Notes: generated by a model not told the origin, from the letters alone. Numbered from the whole stretch's first letter, positions 22,796-35,911 are shown. The stretch is DNA of 63,565 nt, filler included, from Octopus bimaculoides (GCF_001194135.2; 7 parts of 6 records of this genome joined end to end with filler, not necessarily neighbours in it); one strand, 5' to 3'. Made by a program: numbers and translations.

Positions 22796-23138
22796 TTGAG
22801 ATTCCATCTGACGTGCTACAGCATGCGTTTGCTGATCTTCAGAAAGTGTCATCTCGCTTGTCTTGAAACTCCATTTGACATGCTGCATCATGCATTTGCT
22901 GATCTTGAGGAAGTCACATCTCCCTTCAGTATTGAGACACCATCTGACGTGCTGCAGCACGCCTTTGCTGATGTTGAGAAAATCTCATCCTGCTTTTGTT
23001 TTGAGACTCCATTTGATGTGCTGCAGCATACATTTGCTAATCTTGTGAAAGTATTATCTCCCTTCTCTCTTGAGACTCCATTTGACGTGCTGCAGCATGC
23101 GTTTGCTGATCTCGAGAAAGTCTCATCTCCATTCTATC
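22796..23138 (-). repeat. 69-bp coding tandem repeat (one 67-bp and four 69-bp units), STPR-like 23-aa units
   Basis: Unit TTGAGACTCCATTTGACGTGCTGCAGCATGCGTTTGCTGATC...; minus translation ESQDRMEMRLSRDQQTHAAARQM. Confidence 0.85.
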
Positions 23139-23596
23139 TTGAGACTCTCGCTTGGGGTTTTCTACTATCCTCCTTGCTTCATAGTTGTTTCTGGAGAGAT
23201 TACATCTTTTCTGTGATGGCATCTTTCAATATTGTAAGCAGAAAATCATGAATATAGAAAAATTATACATTAATCTCTATTTTTGTAAGCAGTTGTATGT
23301 ATGTAGTATAGACAATATTATAGTCTTATCAATAGGGAAAGAATAAAAGTGAAACAATATTGTAGTGTTATCAAAAGTCAAAGAATAAAAGAGAAATAAT
23401 ATACCGCTGAAAAAATCGGAAGGATCGTATGGGGGATACCGCGCCCTATATGGGAAAGAGCCAAACTTTGACCCCTCCCTAGAACCTTCCCCAAGTAATG
23501 AAAACCTTCATGCCTAATTTGGTACAGATTGATCCAGCGGTTTGGCCGTGCATAGAGGAAACACACACACACACACAGTGAATTTTATAATATATC

Positions 23597-23633
<37 letters not shown>

Positions 23634-24262
23634 CAGCCTTAGCTAAAAGTATTAGGCCACCCCAATGTTTTGGGGTTCTGCTTTCTCAATGTTAGTAGAA
23701 TTTGTGCACATGGTAGATTATGGCATATTTTACAGTATACATTAGTTTTAATGTCTGGTTGACCCTCCTTTAGCATAAATTACCGCTTTTATACGTTTAG
23801 GCAGTGAACCAACTAGTTTTTTGCAGGTGCTAGGCGCAATTTTACTCCATTCTTCTCTCAACTTTTGGTACAAATGCTCTTTATTTTTTATTGTTGTGTT
23901 CCTGATAGCTTCACCAAGCATTCCCCATAGGTATTCGATTGGATTTAGATCGGGACTTTGAGCGGAACAGTCCGTGGGAACAATACCCTGTCACAACCCA
24001 TTGAGAAGTATTCTTTGTTGCATGACATGGTGCGCTGTCCTTTTGTAAGATAACACTGTTTGCGACACTCCTGGATGCAATTTAGCAATTGATACCTCTA
24101 AAACATCCGATAACATAGAAACATAGGTAGCTGAAATTATACTTCCCTGATATAAAAATATTTCTCCGGGTCCTATGGTAGACATGCAGGCCCACACCAT
24201 GATAGAACCACCCCCATGTTTTACCGTTGGTACCAGACATTCAGCCTTAAATGCTTCTCCAA
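23634..24262 (-). mobile_element. Tc1-like transposon, 3' half with TIR
   Basis: TA|CAGCCTTAGCTAAAAGTATTAGGCCA TIR; GGSIMVWACMS..QDNA-like region..SAQSPDLNPIEYLW..SLPKRIKAVI.AKGG. Confidence 0.85.
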
Positions 24263-24264
24263 CT

Positions 24265-26270
24265 CTGCAGTTTATTTTCGATCTCTAAAAGTCTTCTTGG
24301 AGAGATTTCTCGTTGTCAATATGTTGTTTGTTTAAGCGATTGGAGGTCAGATTCTCATGAAAAGGCAAGGGCAGAAAGAGAAACCAAGGCGATGGAAAAT
24401 ATAAAAATAAATCCCAAAGCCGTCTACAAGTTCGCGAAAGAGTTTGCGTCAGTGCACTACAAGATAAGGCCACTGTTTGAAGAAAACAGCTTGCTAACTG
24501 CAAGCCCCAAGAGGATAGATGAAGTACTAAATAAGCAATTCTAGAGTGCCTTCACCTCTCCACTGGGAAACTCGCGAGTGGGTGAGCCTAATGAGTGCTT
24601 CAATACTGCAGACCTACAGGGGAAGAACACAAATATCGATTACATCGACATAAAAGAGGAAGACGTAGTAATTGCCATTGATGAGATGAGCTCAAACTGA
24701 GCAACGGGCTCGGATGGATTTCCGTCCGTTCTCCTAAAAACATGCAAGAAAGCTTGCGCAAAACCACTGTAGATATTTTTTCAGTTTCCTTTCATGTGGA
24801 AAACTTCTGAAACTGTTAAAAGGGAGTATCATATTCCCTGTCCATAAAGGAGGAAGCAGAGTAGATGCTGAAAATTACAGGCCTATCTCTCTGACTTCAC
24901 ATGGTACGCATTGTCAGAAGGAAACTGATCACGTTCCTGGAAGAGAATAACTTGCTCACAAACACACAACATGGTTTCTGCCCAGAAAGGAGTTGCCTCA
25001 CAAAGCTCTATAACATTATGATTGGGTACTGAAACAACAGCTCGACCACTCAAATATGGATGTGATATAACTCGACTTCGCCAAAGACTTTGACAAATAT
25101 GATCATTTGGTCACAAACTACGTGACCTTGGTATCACTAGAAGATTGGTATCACTAAGAGAGTGGCTGCATAACATTTTAAAGGACAGAAGTCAGGAAGT
25201 TTCAGCCAGTGGTGCTCTCTCTGGATCGGAGTTCCTCAGGGAACTGTACTAGGACCATTACTGTTTGTAGTGGCTCTCACAGACATGTCGTCAGTCGTAC
25301 AGTTAGCCACTCTCACCATCTGCACTGATGATACAAACGTATCTCAGGCGGCCAAGGACCCTTATGGCATAGTAAAACTGCAAAATGACCTGCATGCAAT
25401 GTATAAATGGGCTGATTAAAATAACACGTAGTTCAATGCTGATAAATTTCAAGGACTCCGCTATCGGTTCACAGACTACAATAAGAAAACATAGGACTAG
25501 AGAGCAGTGCAATCCCAGAGTTAAAATTCGGTGCGTGACCTGAAAATCCACATGAGTAGTAATGCAACATTTCATGTGCATATTGCTAGGATGGCAACAA
25601 TGTTCAGGCGAGTTGCTGGATGGATCCTTAGATCATTCAGAACCAGAAATAAGGATATATTGCTACTCCTATGGAGGACATTTGTCCTTAGTCATCTGGA
25701 TTACTGTTTCCAACTGTGGTCACCGCAGAGTGTGAAATTGATGGTGGAAGTTGAGGCAATAGCTCCACTACACATAGAAGGTTGACACAGTGAAACAGAC
25801 GAGATACTGAAAGAGGCTGCAAAATGTGAACCTCTACTCCCTAGAGAGAAGAAAGTTATGCAATATGGTATACATATGGAAGATCATGGAAAGTCTAGCT
25901 CCCAACTTTGGGATTAAAATATTACCAACCACCGAACTGAACGGTACTGAATAATACCAACGACACTGTCTTCTTCATCTTAGATAAGGACGCAGTATTG
26001 TAAAAGCTTGGGTTTCAGGATACCACAACTGTTTAACATCCTGCCAAGGAACCTAAGTGTTCTGCAAGGTTCAAAAAGCACCTGGATAAATTTCTATCTG
26101 AAATCCTAGATTAGATGAGTATATGTCGCAGAAGGAGGTACAAAGAAGAGGAGCTTCGTTCAACTCGTTTCTTCACCAAAAATAGTACCGAAAGGAGACG
26201 CCAAAACACTGAAAGTTGCTGCTCCAGCATGGCCCCAGCTTATAGCTGAAACCAATAAGATAATAATAAA
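24265..26270 (+). mobile_element. CR1-clade LINE ORF2 remnant through the 3' tail
   Basis: NPKAVYKFAK; ATGSDGF; ENYRPISLTS; QHGF..RSCLT; LDFAK.FD; GVPQGTVLGPLLF; CTDDT; LSHLDYCFQLWSP. Many stops; tail GCTCCAGCATGGCCCCAG. Confidence 0.9.
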
Positions 26271-26273
26271 AGA

Positions 26274-26304
<31 letters not shown>

Positions 26305-27699
26305 CATGCATGTACACTCATTTGATTTTCATCCTAAAACATTGCACAATTCCTCATTAGCAGTTTTACTACTTCTTAGAGAACTAATCGCAAATGAGAC
26401 TCCAGAACCCTTTTATTTCCCGCGTGGACTGAACATTAGGGCACAACACAAACAACGTCTGTGTCTCGTACAAACGCTTGGTATTGGTTTGGCGTCATTA
26501 TGTCTTAAACTGAAATGAAATTACGCTCGACATCTATTGGTATCAACTGTTTGATTATGCTTGTATTTGCGTTCCTCTTACATCAAAGATGCGTGGGTGT
26601 TCATGTAAATTTGGTTTAACTTTACGAACTGGCTACTCTATTTTAATTCAATCGTGATAAATGGGAATTGTTTGTTCTATTCAATTACTACAATGGACTA
26701 GAGCAAGATATAACTAGATCGAAAACGAAACGAATTATCTAACGGAATATGGATTCAAAGAAAATAGCTGAATGTAGAATTAAGCGCTAGTAATTAAAAA
26801 AAAAGAATATAGAGATTATTGAGTCAATAAACAAGAACTTTTATATGAATTATATTGGAGTGTTTATTACCTAATTTCAGTACTGAATAAACTTGTCGAA
26901 AAACACACACACACACACACGCACGCGCACGCACACACAAACACACACACACACGCACACGCACTCGCACGCACACACACATACACACACATACTGACAT
27001 ACCACTAAGTCACGTTATCGAAAAACCATTTTAATATTTTAGATGGTGTGTCAATGTTCCTTGATATGATTTATATATTAACAGATTACATAAAAGATGC
27101 CCTTTTCAGATAAATGGTTTTGCCTTTCTAAATTTGTACATTATAATTTTAACTTTATTACAATAATTATTACAGTGACACAATATCAGAAATTTGTGTG
27201 AGAGGAGTATAACTGAATTGAATCTACTCAACTATTGCCTCATGGAAGATAAAGTCAACTTCAGCAGTCACTTTGAACTAATCACTACAAGAATAATTGG
27301 CCCGCCCCCATGAAATTATTACTATTCTTCTGATGTACAATAAAATAACGGAGAAATAGTAACTAATTCTAAAATTCACGACAAAACATTGAAGATTGGG
27401 GCTAGAGTTTCTGAGTTCGCACCAGAAAGAAAGTATTGACAGCACTACTTCTCTTTCCTCTACTGCTATTTAAACTCAAGTCAGGCCGATGGCGTTGAAC
27501 TATGGGAAAGGCATTCAGTTGTAAACGTGTCAACCTTTAAAATATTGTATTGCCTCCAGTTGAAAATGCTTCCTGTAAATGTCTTCATATTTGTCCTTTA
27601 TCTCCACTCAGTTACGTATAGTACTTTTGAAAAACGATTGCTAGCCAAGTTCCAACACGAACAGTAGAATGACAACACGACTTGAGAGATGTAAGACTA

Positions 27700-28250
27700 A
27701 AAAGCCGAATCTGGAGTTTTCATTGAGGCACATATTCAAAGCTTTCTCCTCAGAAGCATTCAAAACATTTAATGAAATAAGAAACAGAAGGTAACTCTAT
27801 ATGTTGAGAGAAGAAACAATTAACCACAATTTATCTGGCTGCCAATTGTTAGCTTAGAGGGAATATATCTAGGTATGACAAAGGTGGCGGATTTCATTTA
27901 AGGAAGTTGGTCAGCATTATGAAAACAGCGTAAAGTTGATGGTACCGTACACCAGAAAAGATCTCAGATTATATAATGGGATATACCGAGATATACATAT
28001 GCAGCGATGAAAAGGAATTAACTAGGTGTTGTCATGATCCACCAACAATAGATGTACGTCGTAATTGAAGTATCAGTCACAAAAGACTGTATCACCAAAA
28101 GAAATGGAAAAGATGTTTCCAAATATAAAGATCTGGAAATAGAGACAAACAACAGTTGTCTTGGGAATGACGAAAAAGGATGCAGACATGAACGTAAGAA
28201 AATCCGTAGCTCCTACATTTTTATGCAGTAACACTGTTATGTGCTGCACA
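27700..28250 (+). mobile_element. Highly degenerate R4-like RLE fragment
   Basis: EETINHNLSGC..; WDIP; VIEVSV..SKYKDLEIE, recognisable across frameshifts. Confidence 0.55.
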
Positions 28251-28659
28251 TATACTACACTAAGTATACTGGAAAATTATCAAAACGGCCAAAATATTTC
28301 ATATTCTGAAGCGCACAGACCTGCGCTCGGTAGAGCAATGAAAGCGCTCAGTAAAAATAAAACAGCCGAAACTTATCCCTAACCATAATAATTATGTGAA
28401 ATATATATTTAGATTCTAAACATATAATTTAATGACAGATAAGACATTATATGATGATGTACGCGACAGAAGTTTCAATAATTAAACTTCTTTATAGATT
28501 CGAGAAAGAAAACATAAACCTAGCAGTAATTAATTACAATTATCGACGATTGAAATCTAAGAATCAATTTCTCCAAATTAGCTTACATAAGAGGAAATCT
28601 AATTCTCGCGTGCGGTGATCTATGCATACGTACTTGAGAAAGTACATATTCTTTTCCTC

Positions 28660-28863
28660 TCTAGGTACAAGGCCCGAAATTTTTAGGGAGGGGTCCAGTC
28701 GATTAGATCGACCGCAGTACGAAACTGGTACTTAATTTATCGACCCCGAAAGGACGAAAGGCAAAATCGACCTCGGCGGAATTTGAATTCAGAACGTAAA
28801 GACAGACGAAATGCCTCTAAACATTTCGCCCAGCGTGCTAACGGTTCTGCCAGCTCGCCGCCT
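28660..28863 (-). mobile_element. SINE family B (first of a tandem pair)
   Basis: Reverse complement of the family B consensus. Confidence 0.85.
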
Positions 28864-28898
28864 TTCTAAAAATGTAGAGGGCAGTCTATTCAGACGTA

Positions 28899-29110
28899 TC
28901 TTTTCTACTCTAGGCACAAGGCCCGAAACTTTGTGGGAAGGGGGCAGTCGATTAGATTGATCCCAGTACGCAACTGGTACTTAATTTATCGACTCCGAAA
29001 GGATGAAAGGTAAAGTCTACTTCGGCAGAATTTGAACTCAGAACGTAAAACAGACGCAATATCGCTAAGCATTTCGCCCGGGGTGCTAACGTCTCTGCCA
29101 GCTCGCCGCC
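28899..29110 (-). mobile_element. SINE family B (second of the tandem pair)
   Basis: Reverse complement of the family B consensus. Confidence 0.85.
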
Positions 29111-29689
29111 CTTGAGAAGGTACATATTAACCAAGTTCAATATAAGTTAAAAGAAACTGTCGAGCGAATAAATATATTTTTTTAGTTTTAACAACTTAAC
29201 AATCAATATCTGCTTTCGCTATAATAATAGTTCTTCAGAAACTGAATATTGGAATTTAAGTTATTTCAGAATATTTGTTTTTGATTCGAACACTTGGAAA
29301 GAATTTGATTTAGAATACTTAAAAGAATTGCTCCAGGAAATATTATTTCAAATGGTTATAGATATACAAAGTAATCCAATAACATTATTTATAAGTCATC
29401 TGAAAATACACATACTTGACACTATCTCTTAATACTGGTAAACTTATATATAATATTTCGAGAAGTACAGGTGTAAAATATGCACCTATGTTTACCTGGC
29501 AAGACCTCCAGTTTGAAAGCATCCTCAACCAAGCATTGCAATTATACTTTTATGGCCTCCAGCTCTCTCTTATATACCACCAACTCCAAACAATCATTTG
29601 AAATCTCTTGTCCATTTCTGGAATTTTTAGCAATGTTGGAAGCAGGTACACCATTTGTGCGCAAATCTAAAGAAGTGCTTGAATACATA

Positions 29690-30155
29690 ACCTGCTACAC
29701 ATCCCTTAAGAAAGAGTATGACGGTGATGTCGGAAGAAGCTGCTGAAATTACCGTTATATTGCCAGGCCTTAAGAAGCAATAGTCTGATCCGATCCCGTC
29801 AAGGGCATCAAGAAAGCAAACTCCAGATTCTCATTGCCAACCCAATGAATGTAGAGTAGGTTAGTGGTTACTAAACGTATACAACATGTCATCGATGATA
29901 GTATTCTCACTGGGCGCGCCAAAGGAGAGGATGAAAGTATGTTCAGAGTTTCATTTAACATATACACCCTTTTGTTTCAGGAGAATTATTGAGAGGCAAC
30001 ATACAGGTCCTTTTGTTGGAACGTTGTAATAGTGTCAAAAGTAATTTTGTCTAAATTTCAGTGAGAAGAATTAACATTATTATACAGTGATTTATACTGA
30101 GTCCTCATCCTGGATAATACGTTACCTAGTACGTGTCATACTAGTATCTAGTAAC
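29690..30155 (+). mobile_element. Possible old Helitron 3' remnant (Pif1-like helicase C-terminus)
   Basis: SRLVVTKRIQHVIDDSILTGRAKGED, TPFCFRR and VIYTE resemble GTRLVV..VIEATILTG.AKGED, PF.FKRLQFP and VVY.EVL; CTAGT motifs follow near 30125-30151. Confidence 0.5.
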
Positions 30156-30496
30156 TAGATAATGTTCTTGAAATTGCAAATCAAACCCTTATTTAAAACA
30201 TGGAGGCAGAGTGCTCTCATTCACTTGTACATATCGGGGATATCCTAGAATTAAATGCAATATGCTTGCTTATCTTAAAACCTGATACAGTGATTGAAAT
30301 ACTGCCTCCAATCAAAATTTCACACTTAAGACCTAATCAATGCTTATATTTACTGTTATTGTGCTAAAGTTTTTTTTTAAATAGATATATTCAATAAACC
30401 TTTAACCACACGTATGAAGCATTTCCAATTTGGAATTCAAACCAGTTGGGACAAATATTCACATGTGAGTATGTGTATAAATATTTTAGTATAATA

Positions 30497-30611
<115 letters not shown>

Positions 30612-31241
30612 TGTTGGGTTTCCATATAACCGATTGCATTAGAAAAAAGTTGAATGTACACGTTTTGAGTATGAAATTGCGTCTAAGCATATTTTGCAGT
30701 TTCAACATTTCGTTCAAGTTACAAATTATAAATTATTCACTTCTATGCATGTCCAATGTTGTGCTGAGAAGCAGTTCTGTATTGTATAGTCTTCGTTGAA
30801 ACAATGTTCCTTGTAATATATAGCTGCATATTGATTTACTTATTCAACACGCATACTACAAGAGGTGGGTGAGGATATATATGCATTATTTATGACACCA
30901 TGTTGGTCTTAGAAGCATGCAATGACGAGCAACAGCTTTTGAATACACATGCAACGATATAAAAGCTATTACATATCTATTTATTCGCCTACAAAATTTT
31001 GCATTCAAACTTGTAAATATCTTGATTACATTTAATGTGTATTGTGACACTTCGTTACAAATACAGACATAAATATTTGTGTGAAAGTGTGTAGGTGTGC
31101 ACTTCCATGTACGTAAATCCCATGTGTGTAAGCATATAAGTATGCGCATATATATATATTTTGTGTGTGTTTATACGCACATACATACACACAAATACAC
31201 ACTCACACGCACGTACAAATATGTATATAAATATGTGTATG

Positions 31242-31284
<43 letters not shown>

Positions 31285-32454
31285 TTTTACCTCCTTACTT
31301 GTCTCAGTCACTCGGCAGTAGTCATGTTGAAGCTTCATACTCAGGTGCTTGGTCGAAAAAAAATCAACCCCAGCTCTTATTTTAAATCTCAGATTTATTC
31401 TACCGTGCTNNNNNNNNNNNNNNNNNGTCATGTTGAAGCTTCACACTCAGGTGCTTGGTCGAAAAAAAATCAACCCCAGCTCTTATTTTAAATCTCAGAT
31501 TTATTCTACCGTGCTGCTTCTGCCGGAGGGCTGTATTACGAGAACGAAAACAAACCAACTCCTTTTGTCAAACAGAATGTACGCAAGTAAAAATACAAAT
31601 GCATATGTATACACATACACACATACATATATACTATACATATATGCACACACGCACTCTTAAACCATAATTTTAGTTTAAGAATATGTGCATTATGAAA
31701 AACACATTTAGGTGGCTATAAGGCATTTAAGTAAAAAAATAACATTTTGTTTTTTAAAAAAGTATTAATTTCAAAACTTAATGATGTATAACAAATTATA
31801 AATTTCGTCCGTTTGCATCCACTTCAGTGCCACCTTTGTAGTAAATACTGTATTTATCCTTTTTAAAAACCCATATTTGTTTCCCTGATTTTTGTTTCCA
31901 GCTTAGAATTTCGGCGTGGTCACCGCATTTGCTTTGATGGGGGAATGAAATTGTTCTTAACGTTTTTGGTATTCCTGTACATCAGCTACCTGAAATGATT
32001 ATTCAGTAAAGAACAAAGACTGTTTCCAAAATTGAATCTTGTGACCTTTTTACCATCTCTTTCTAGAACACTTGAAAGAAATGCCATTGTTTAGGATGCA
32101 GTGCTAATTACATTAAGGATGTTCTTTCTCTAAGAGAGATCCTCTGAAAATTTATTCGGGTCCCAAAGTGAAGGAGGGGTTCAAATATACGAAATAAGCT
32201 ATAATTCCCAACAAAAAAGGCTTCAACGAAATTCTGCGGTGGAGAGCAAGAGATTTGGAAAATGGAATTTACAGATGTCAGTTTTGGGAAAGACTGGAAT
32301 ACAAAACAGAATTACAGAAAAATCAAAAAATAATTGTGCCGCAAGGGAAAGCGAAACACCCTCGCTAATTTCTGCTTTTATCTTTCTAATCCAGGAGAAA
32401 AAAAAAAGCTGTACTCATGACCTTTTACAGAACCTCCGTTGACGTGTGTGTGAT

Positions 32455-32655
32455 GGGAAAGTGAGGGAGAGAGAGAGGGGGAGAAAAAGAAAGAAATTGA
32501 GAGAGAGAGAGAGAGAGAGAGGGGGAGAAAGGGAGAGGTAGATAGATAGAGAGAGAGGTGAGAGAAAGCAAGAGAGAAAGGGGAGAGAAAGAAAGAGAGA
32601 GAGGGGAGAGAAAGAAAGAGAGAGAGGGGAGAGAAAGAAAGAGAGAGAGAGAGAA
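32455..32655. repeat. GA-rich polypurine low-complexity tract with an internal ~22-nt repeat
   Basis: Repeated GGGAGAGAAAGAAAGAGAGAGA units. Confidence 0.85.
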
Positions 32656-33925
32656 GATCTCGAATCGGAAAACACTGATTCAATAAAACAAAATCATTAC
32701 TTAGCAAGAAAACCATCTTGTATGAGTCCTACGTAGTTTTCGACAACAGGTAACTAAAACCTTTAAATACATATATGTACTTGGCCTCGCATATATACGC
32801 ATCAGTATACAGGCTGTAGTAAATAATTTTTTGCTATTCTAGTTGTGTCATCTCGTATTCAATAAGATCTTGTGAAGGCACCTTCTTTTAGAAATCTCGC
32901 ATCATTAACTACATAGTTGGGAAGATACGTAAATACGAGAATTACTTGAATAGAAAAAGGGCAATTTACAACTGCTTATATTATGAAACTTCTCACTAAA
33001 AGAACGTAACATCCATACTAAGAACTATAGATGTTATATGAAACTGAATAATTCTGTAAACAGCCTGACTAACATGCAGATAATTCTTAAAGCTCAGGAT
33101 ATATGTAGACGCTGAACAAAATCGCAAGAGCCACTATAACAGACCGTCATTTCTAACAAGCATCTATAAAAGAATATGATTCTGAAAAAGTTTTCAACAT
33201 ATTTAGTTACACATAAATGCCACATTGAAAAAGGTTCTCAGAATCTGTAAAGGAGCTAAATACTCAAAGAATTTGTCTATCAAAAGTATTAGGTTATATT
33301 TGGCAATTTTTCCACTGTCAGCTCCAGAAAACAAAACATTATAATTTCCAAATACTGTTTTGATGTATTGCCTATCATGTAATTTAAAGAATATTGTAAA
33401 GATGTCCTTTTGTTCGAGTTTTCTGAAGCAGTGTTTGGGATCCTTTTTGCAAATGCCTCTCCCTGCGCTTTGGATGGTTGTTACCAATAAAAGCAGCGGT
33501 TATAATTGAATTTACTGTAAACTATTTCATTATTTTACATATAAAGGAAATTTTTTATTAATGTGAATTGAAAAAAGAAATAATCATGACCATACCTTAT
33601 TAATATGATAAAAATAAAAGCAAAATATCAAACATCGTTTATCAATGTGATTCCTGATAAACAGCAACAAGTTTTGCAATATTTGATTTGAATGCTTTTT
33701 ATTAATTAGTAAGTCCCCACGCTGCACTATTTCCACTCGGTTTCTATTCTTTGTATTGGGTCAATAAAAGATTCCAGGCAAATCAAGAAAATAATTCAGA
33801 ACGTGATCCTTTATTTTAATTGCTTAATATCATATCGAATATTTCTTTAGAAGAAGAACCAACAAAAAGGAAGGGTTTACTGAAGTTGGTGCTACTGCAG
33901 TTAGAGTTAAAAAAAAGTTTTTGTA

Positions 33926-34087
33926 GGCGCAGGAGTACTGTGTGGTAAGTAGCTTGCTTACCAACGACATGGTTCTGCGTTCAGCCCTACTGCGTGGCAC
34001 CTTGGGCAAGTGTCTTCTACTATAGCCCCAGGCCCACCAAAGCCTTGTGAGTGGATTTGGTAGAAGGAAACTGAAAGAAGCCCGTCG

Positions 34088-34144
<57 letters not shown>

Positions 34145-34352
34145 TTGTGTGTCTGTGTTTGTCCCCCCAGCATCGCTCGACAATCGATGCTGGTGTGTTT
34201 ACGTCCCCGTAACATAGCGGTTCGGCAAAAGAGGCCGATAGAATAGTACTAGGCTTACAAAGAATAAGTCCAAGGGTCGATTTGCTCGACTAAAGGCGGT
34301 GCTCCAGCATGGCCGCAGTCAAATGACTGAAACAAGTAAAAGAGTAAAAGAG
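33926..34352 (+). mobile_element. SINE family A, near full length
   Basis: tRNA-like head, internal (AT)/(GT) spacer, middle segment and GGCGGTGCTCCAGCATGGCCGCAGTCAAATGACTGAAACAAGTAAAAGA tail. Confidence 0.9.
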
Positions 34353-34989
34353 AACATGGTTTGATCAGTGAAAGTAAACATCCATTTAAGTAGGTTCCAA
34401 ATCAAGATCTATTCTTCTGACCGTAAGTCATAATCAAGCAAGACAAGTTATCTTGCTTGACTATGACTTACTTTTAAACGTTTCTTTCTTTACGCTAGGC
34501 GCATAAATAATATATTCTCTTATACCTAAAAACTGCAGTCGACCCACGAACTAACAACACAACACTCTTACCTGGAATATGTATGTTCGATTTTCTCTAT
34601 ATACCACGAGCTGCTTCTAATTCATATCTGAATATATACATATATATATATATATTCACATGCATATATGCGTATATAAGTACAGGACGTCATCAATAGT
34701 AAACAACATGAAATAAGAAAGGAAATGGGTTCAATACGCAAAATACGAAATATACAAATGGAAAACAGGACAAGTAACAAAGAACACCCTTCATCAGTTG
34801 CTAGCTGTCTATCTACTCTCATCTCGAGCATTGAACGACAAAATGAGTCTTCGAAGACAGTTGCTTCCATAACTACCAAAATAAAATTTGGGATTTATGG
34901 TGGGTCAAAGTTGGGAACAAAAACAAGACAGTTGAGACATACAAGGTGGTGACGTCCTGTACCCGTATATGCATGTCTATATTTATATA

Positions 34990-35166
34990 CATATTCGCCA
35001 TGATAGATCGCTGACCACTACATTTATATATATTTTTTCTTCGTTTCATTTAAAGAGCGTAACTCGAAACGTCAAAGACTTTCTCTATTCCCGAGCGATA
35101 AACTAATACATCTATTTGTTGTTTATACCACCTGTCTTCGTCTGTTGTTTTTTCGTAAATTCTCCC

Positions 35167-35170
<4 letters not shown>
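34990..35170 (+). mobile_element. PLE-LTR-like repeat with a decayed hammerhead remnant (35044-35078)
   Basis: GAGCGTAACTCGAAACGTCAAAGA; homologous to 44360-44540 (-) and 48242-48335 (-). Confidence 0.6.
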
Positions 35171-35202
<32 letters not shown>

Positions 35203-35302
35203 NNNNNNNNNNNNNNNNNNNNNNNNNNNNNNNNNNNNNNNNNNNNTTAATTAATTAANNNNNNNNNNNNNNNNNNNNNNNNNNNNNNNNNNNNNNNNNN
35301 NN

Positions 35303-35535
35303 GGGCGAAATGCTCAGCGGTATTTCGTCTGCCGCAACGTTCTGAGTTCGAATTCTGCCGAGGTCGACTTTGCTTTTCATCCTCTTCAGAGGGAGGTCGA
35401 TGAAATAAGTACCATTTACGCACTGGGGTCGCTGTGATCGACTTCGCCTTTCATACTTTCGGGATCGATAAAATAAGTACCAGTTAAGCATTGCGCCCAC
35501 CTTCCCATAACTGCCTTGCAACCTGCCCTTAAATT
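35303..35535 (+). mobile_element. SINE family B (5' end lies in a gap)
   Basis: GGGCGAAATGCTCAGCGG..GAGTTCGAATTCTGCCGAGGTCGAC. Confidence 0.8.
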
Positions 35536-35666
35536 ACAGGCCTTGTGTCTCAAATTAAATCCATTATTATTATATTCCCCGATGGCCCTGTCATTGTTAT
35601 TGTCGTGTAAGTACTAATCTCGCTGCTACTATTACTAATGTCAGACTTTTTCCTTTTATGTTCAAG

Positions 35667-35911
35667 CGTCTTTGGCGACAAAATTAATTCAGATATTCTA
35701 AGAAGAAACAGTATGCCGTACATCAAAGAGTTTATCGATTTTGTCTGGAGGAGCGAGCAATGTTCAGTCTTAATGCAAGTTACGTGCAATGGAAAAGCAT
35801 ATGAGCTAGAAGAAAACGTTAAGAGTGTTTTAATATTGCTACTTTCAAACTGGGCAATATATTTATTATCCAGTGTGCTGTTATGTGCCAAAGTGGCAAT
35901 ATTCTCAAAAG
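35667..35911 (+). CDS. Candidate exon of unknown function
   Basis: Pyrimidine tract plus AAG acceptor, AG|GTTAGT donor and an open frame (VFGDKINSDILRRNSMPYIKEFIDFVWR..). No homology recognised. Confidence 0.2.

Larger units (their letters stand above)
21564..23599 (-). mobile_element. Complete, internally deleted (non-autonomous) Helitron
   Basis: 5' A|TC at 23599; 3' hairpin (CCCGAGTAGCGCCGAG) plus CTAG|T at 21564; (AT)n on both sides. Remnants: MPSQKRCNLSR start, 23-aa repeats, CSGDKVSLP..NIR*YNSAFQMTSFGA..TFKVQ..VYH..FLQIYF, and helicase C-terminal QTMGRV..CIHGQLFGAL. Confidence 0.85.

Noticed and set aside
22760-23251. 163-aa plus-strand ORF as a real gene
   Set aside because: It is the antisense frame of the Helitron 69-bp repeats; the minus strand carries the recognisable motifs.
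31321-31515. Direct ~70-bp duplication of a SINE-like tail
   Set aside because: It flanks a short N gap with one SNP, typical of an unmerged allelic overlap.
33203-33487. 94-aa minus ORF with a CKK..CFRKL motif (Sola-like or R4-like N-terminus?)
   Set aside because: Similarity is too weak to assign by eye.
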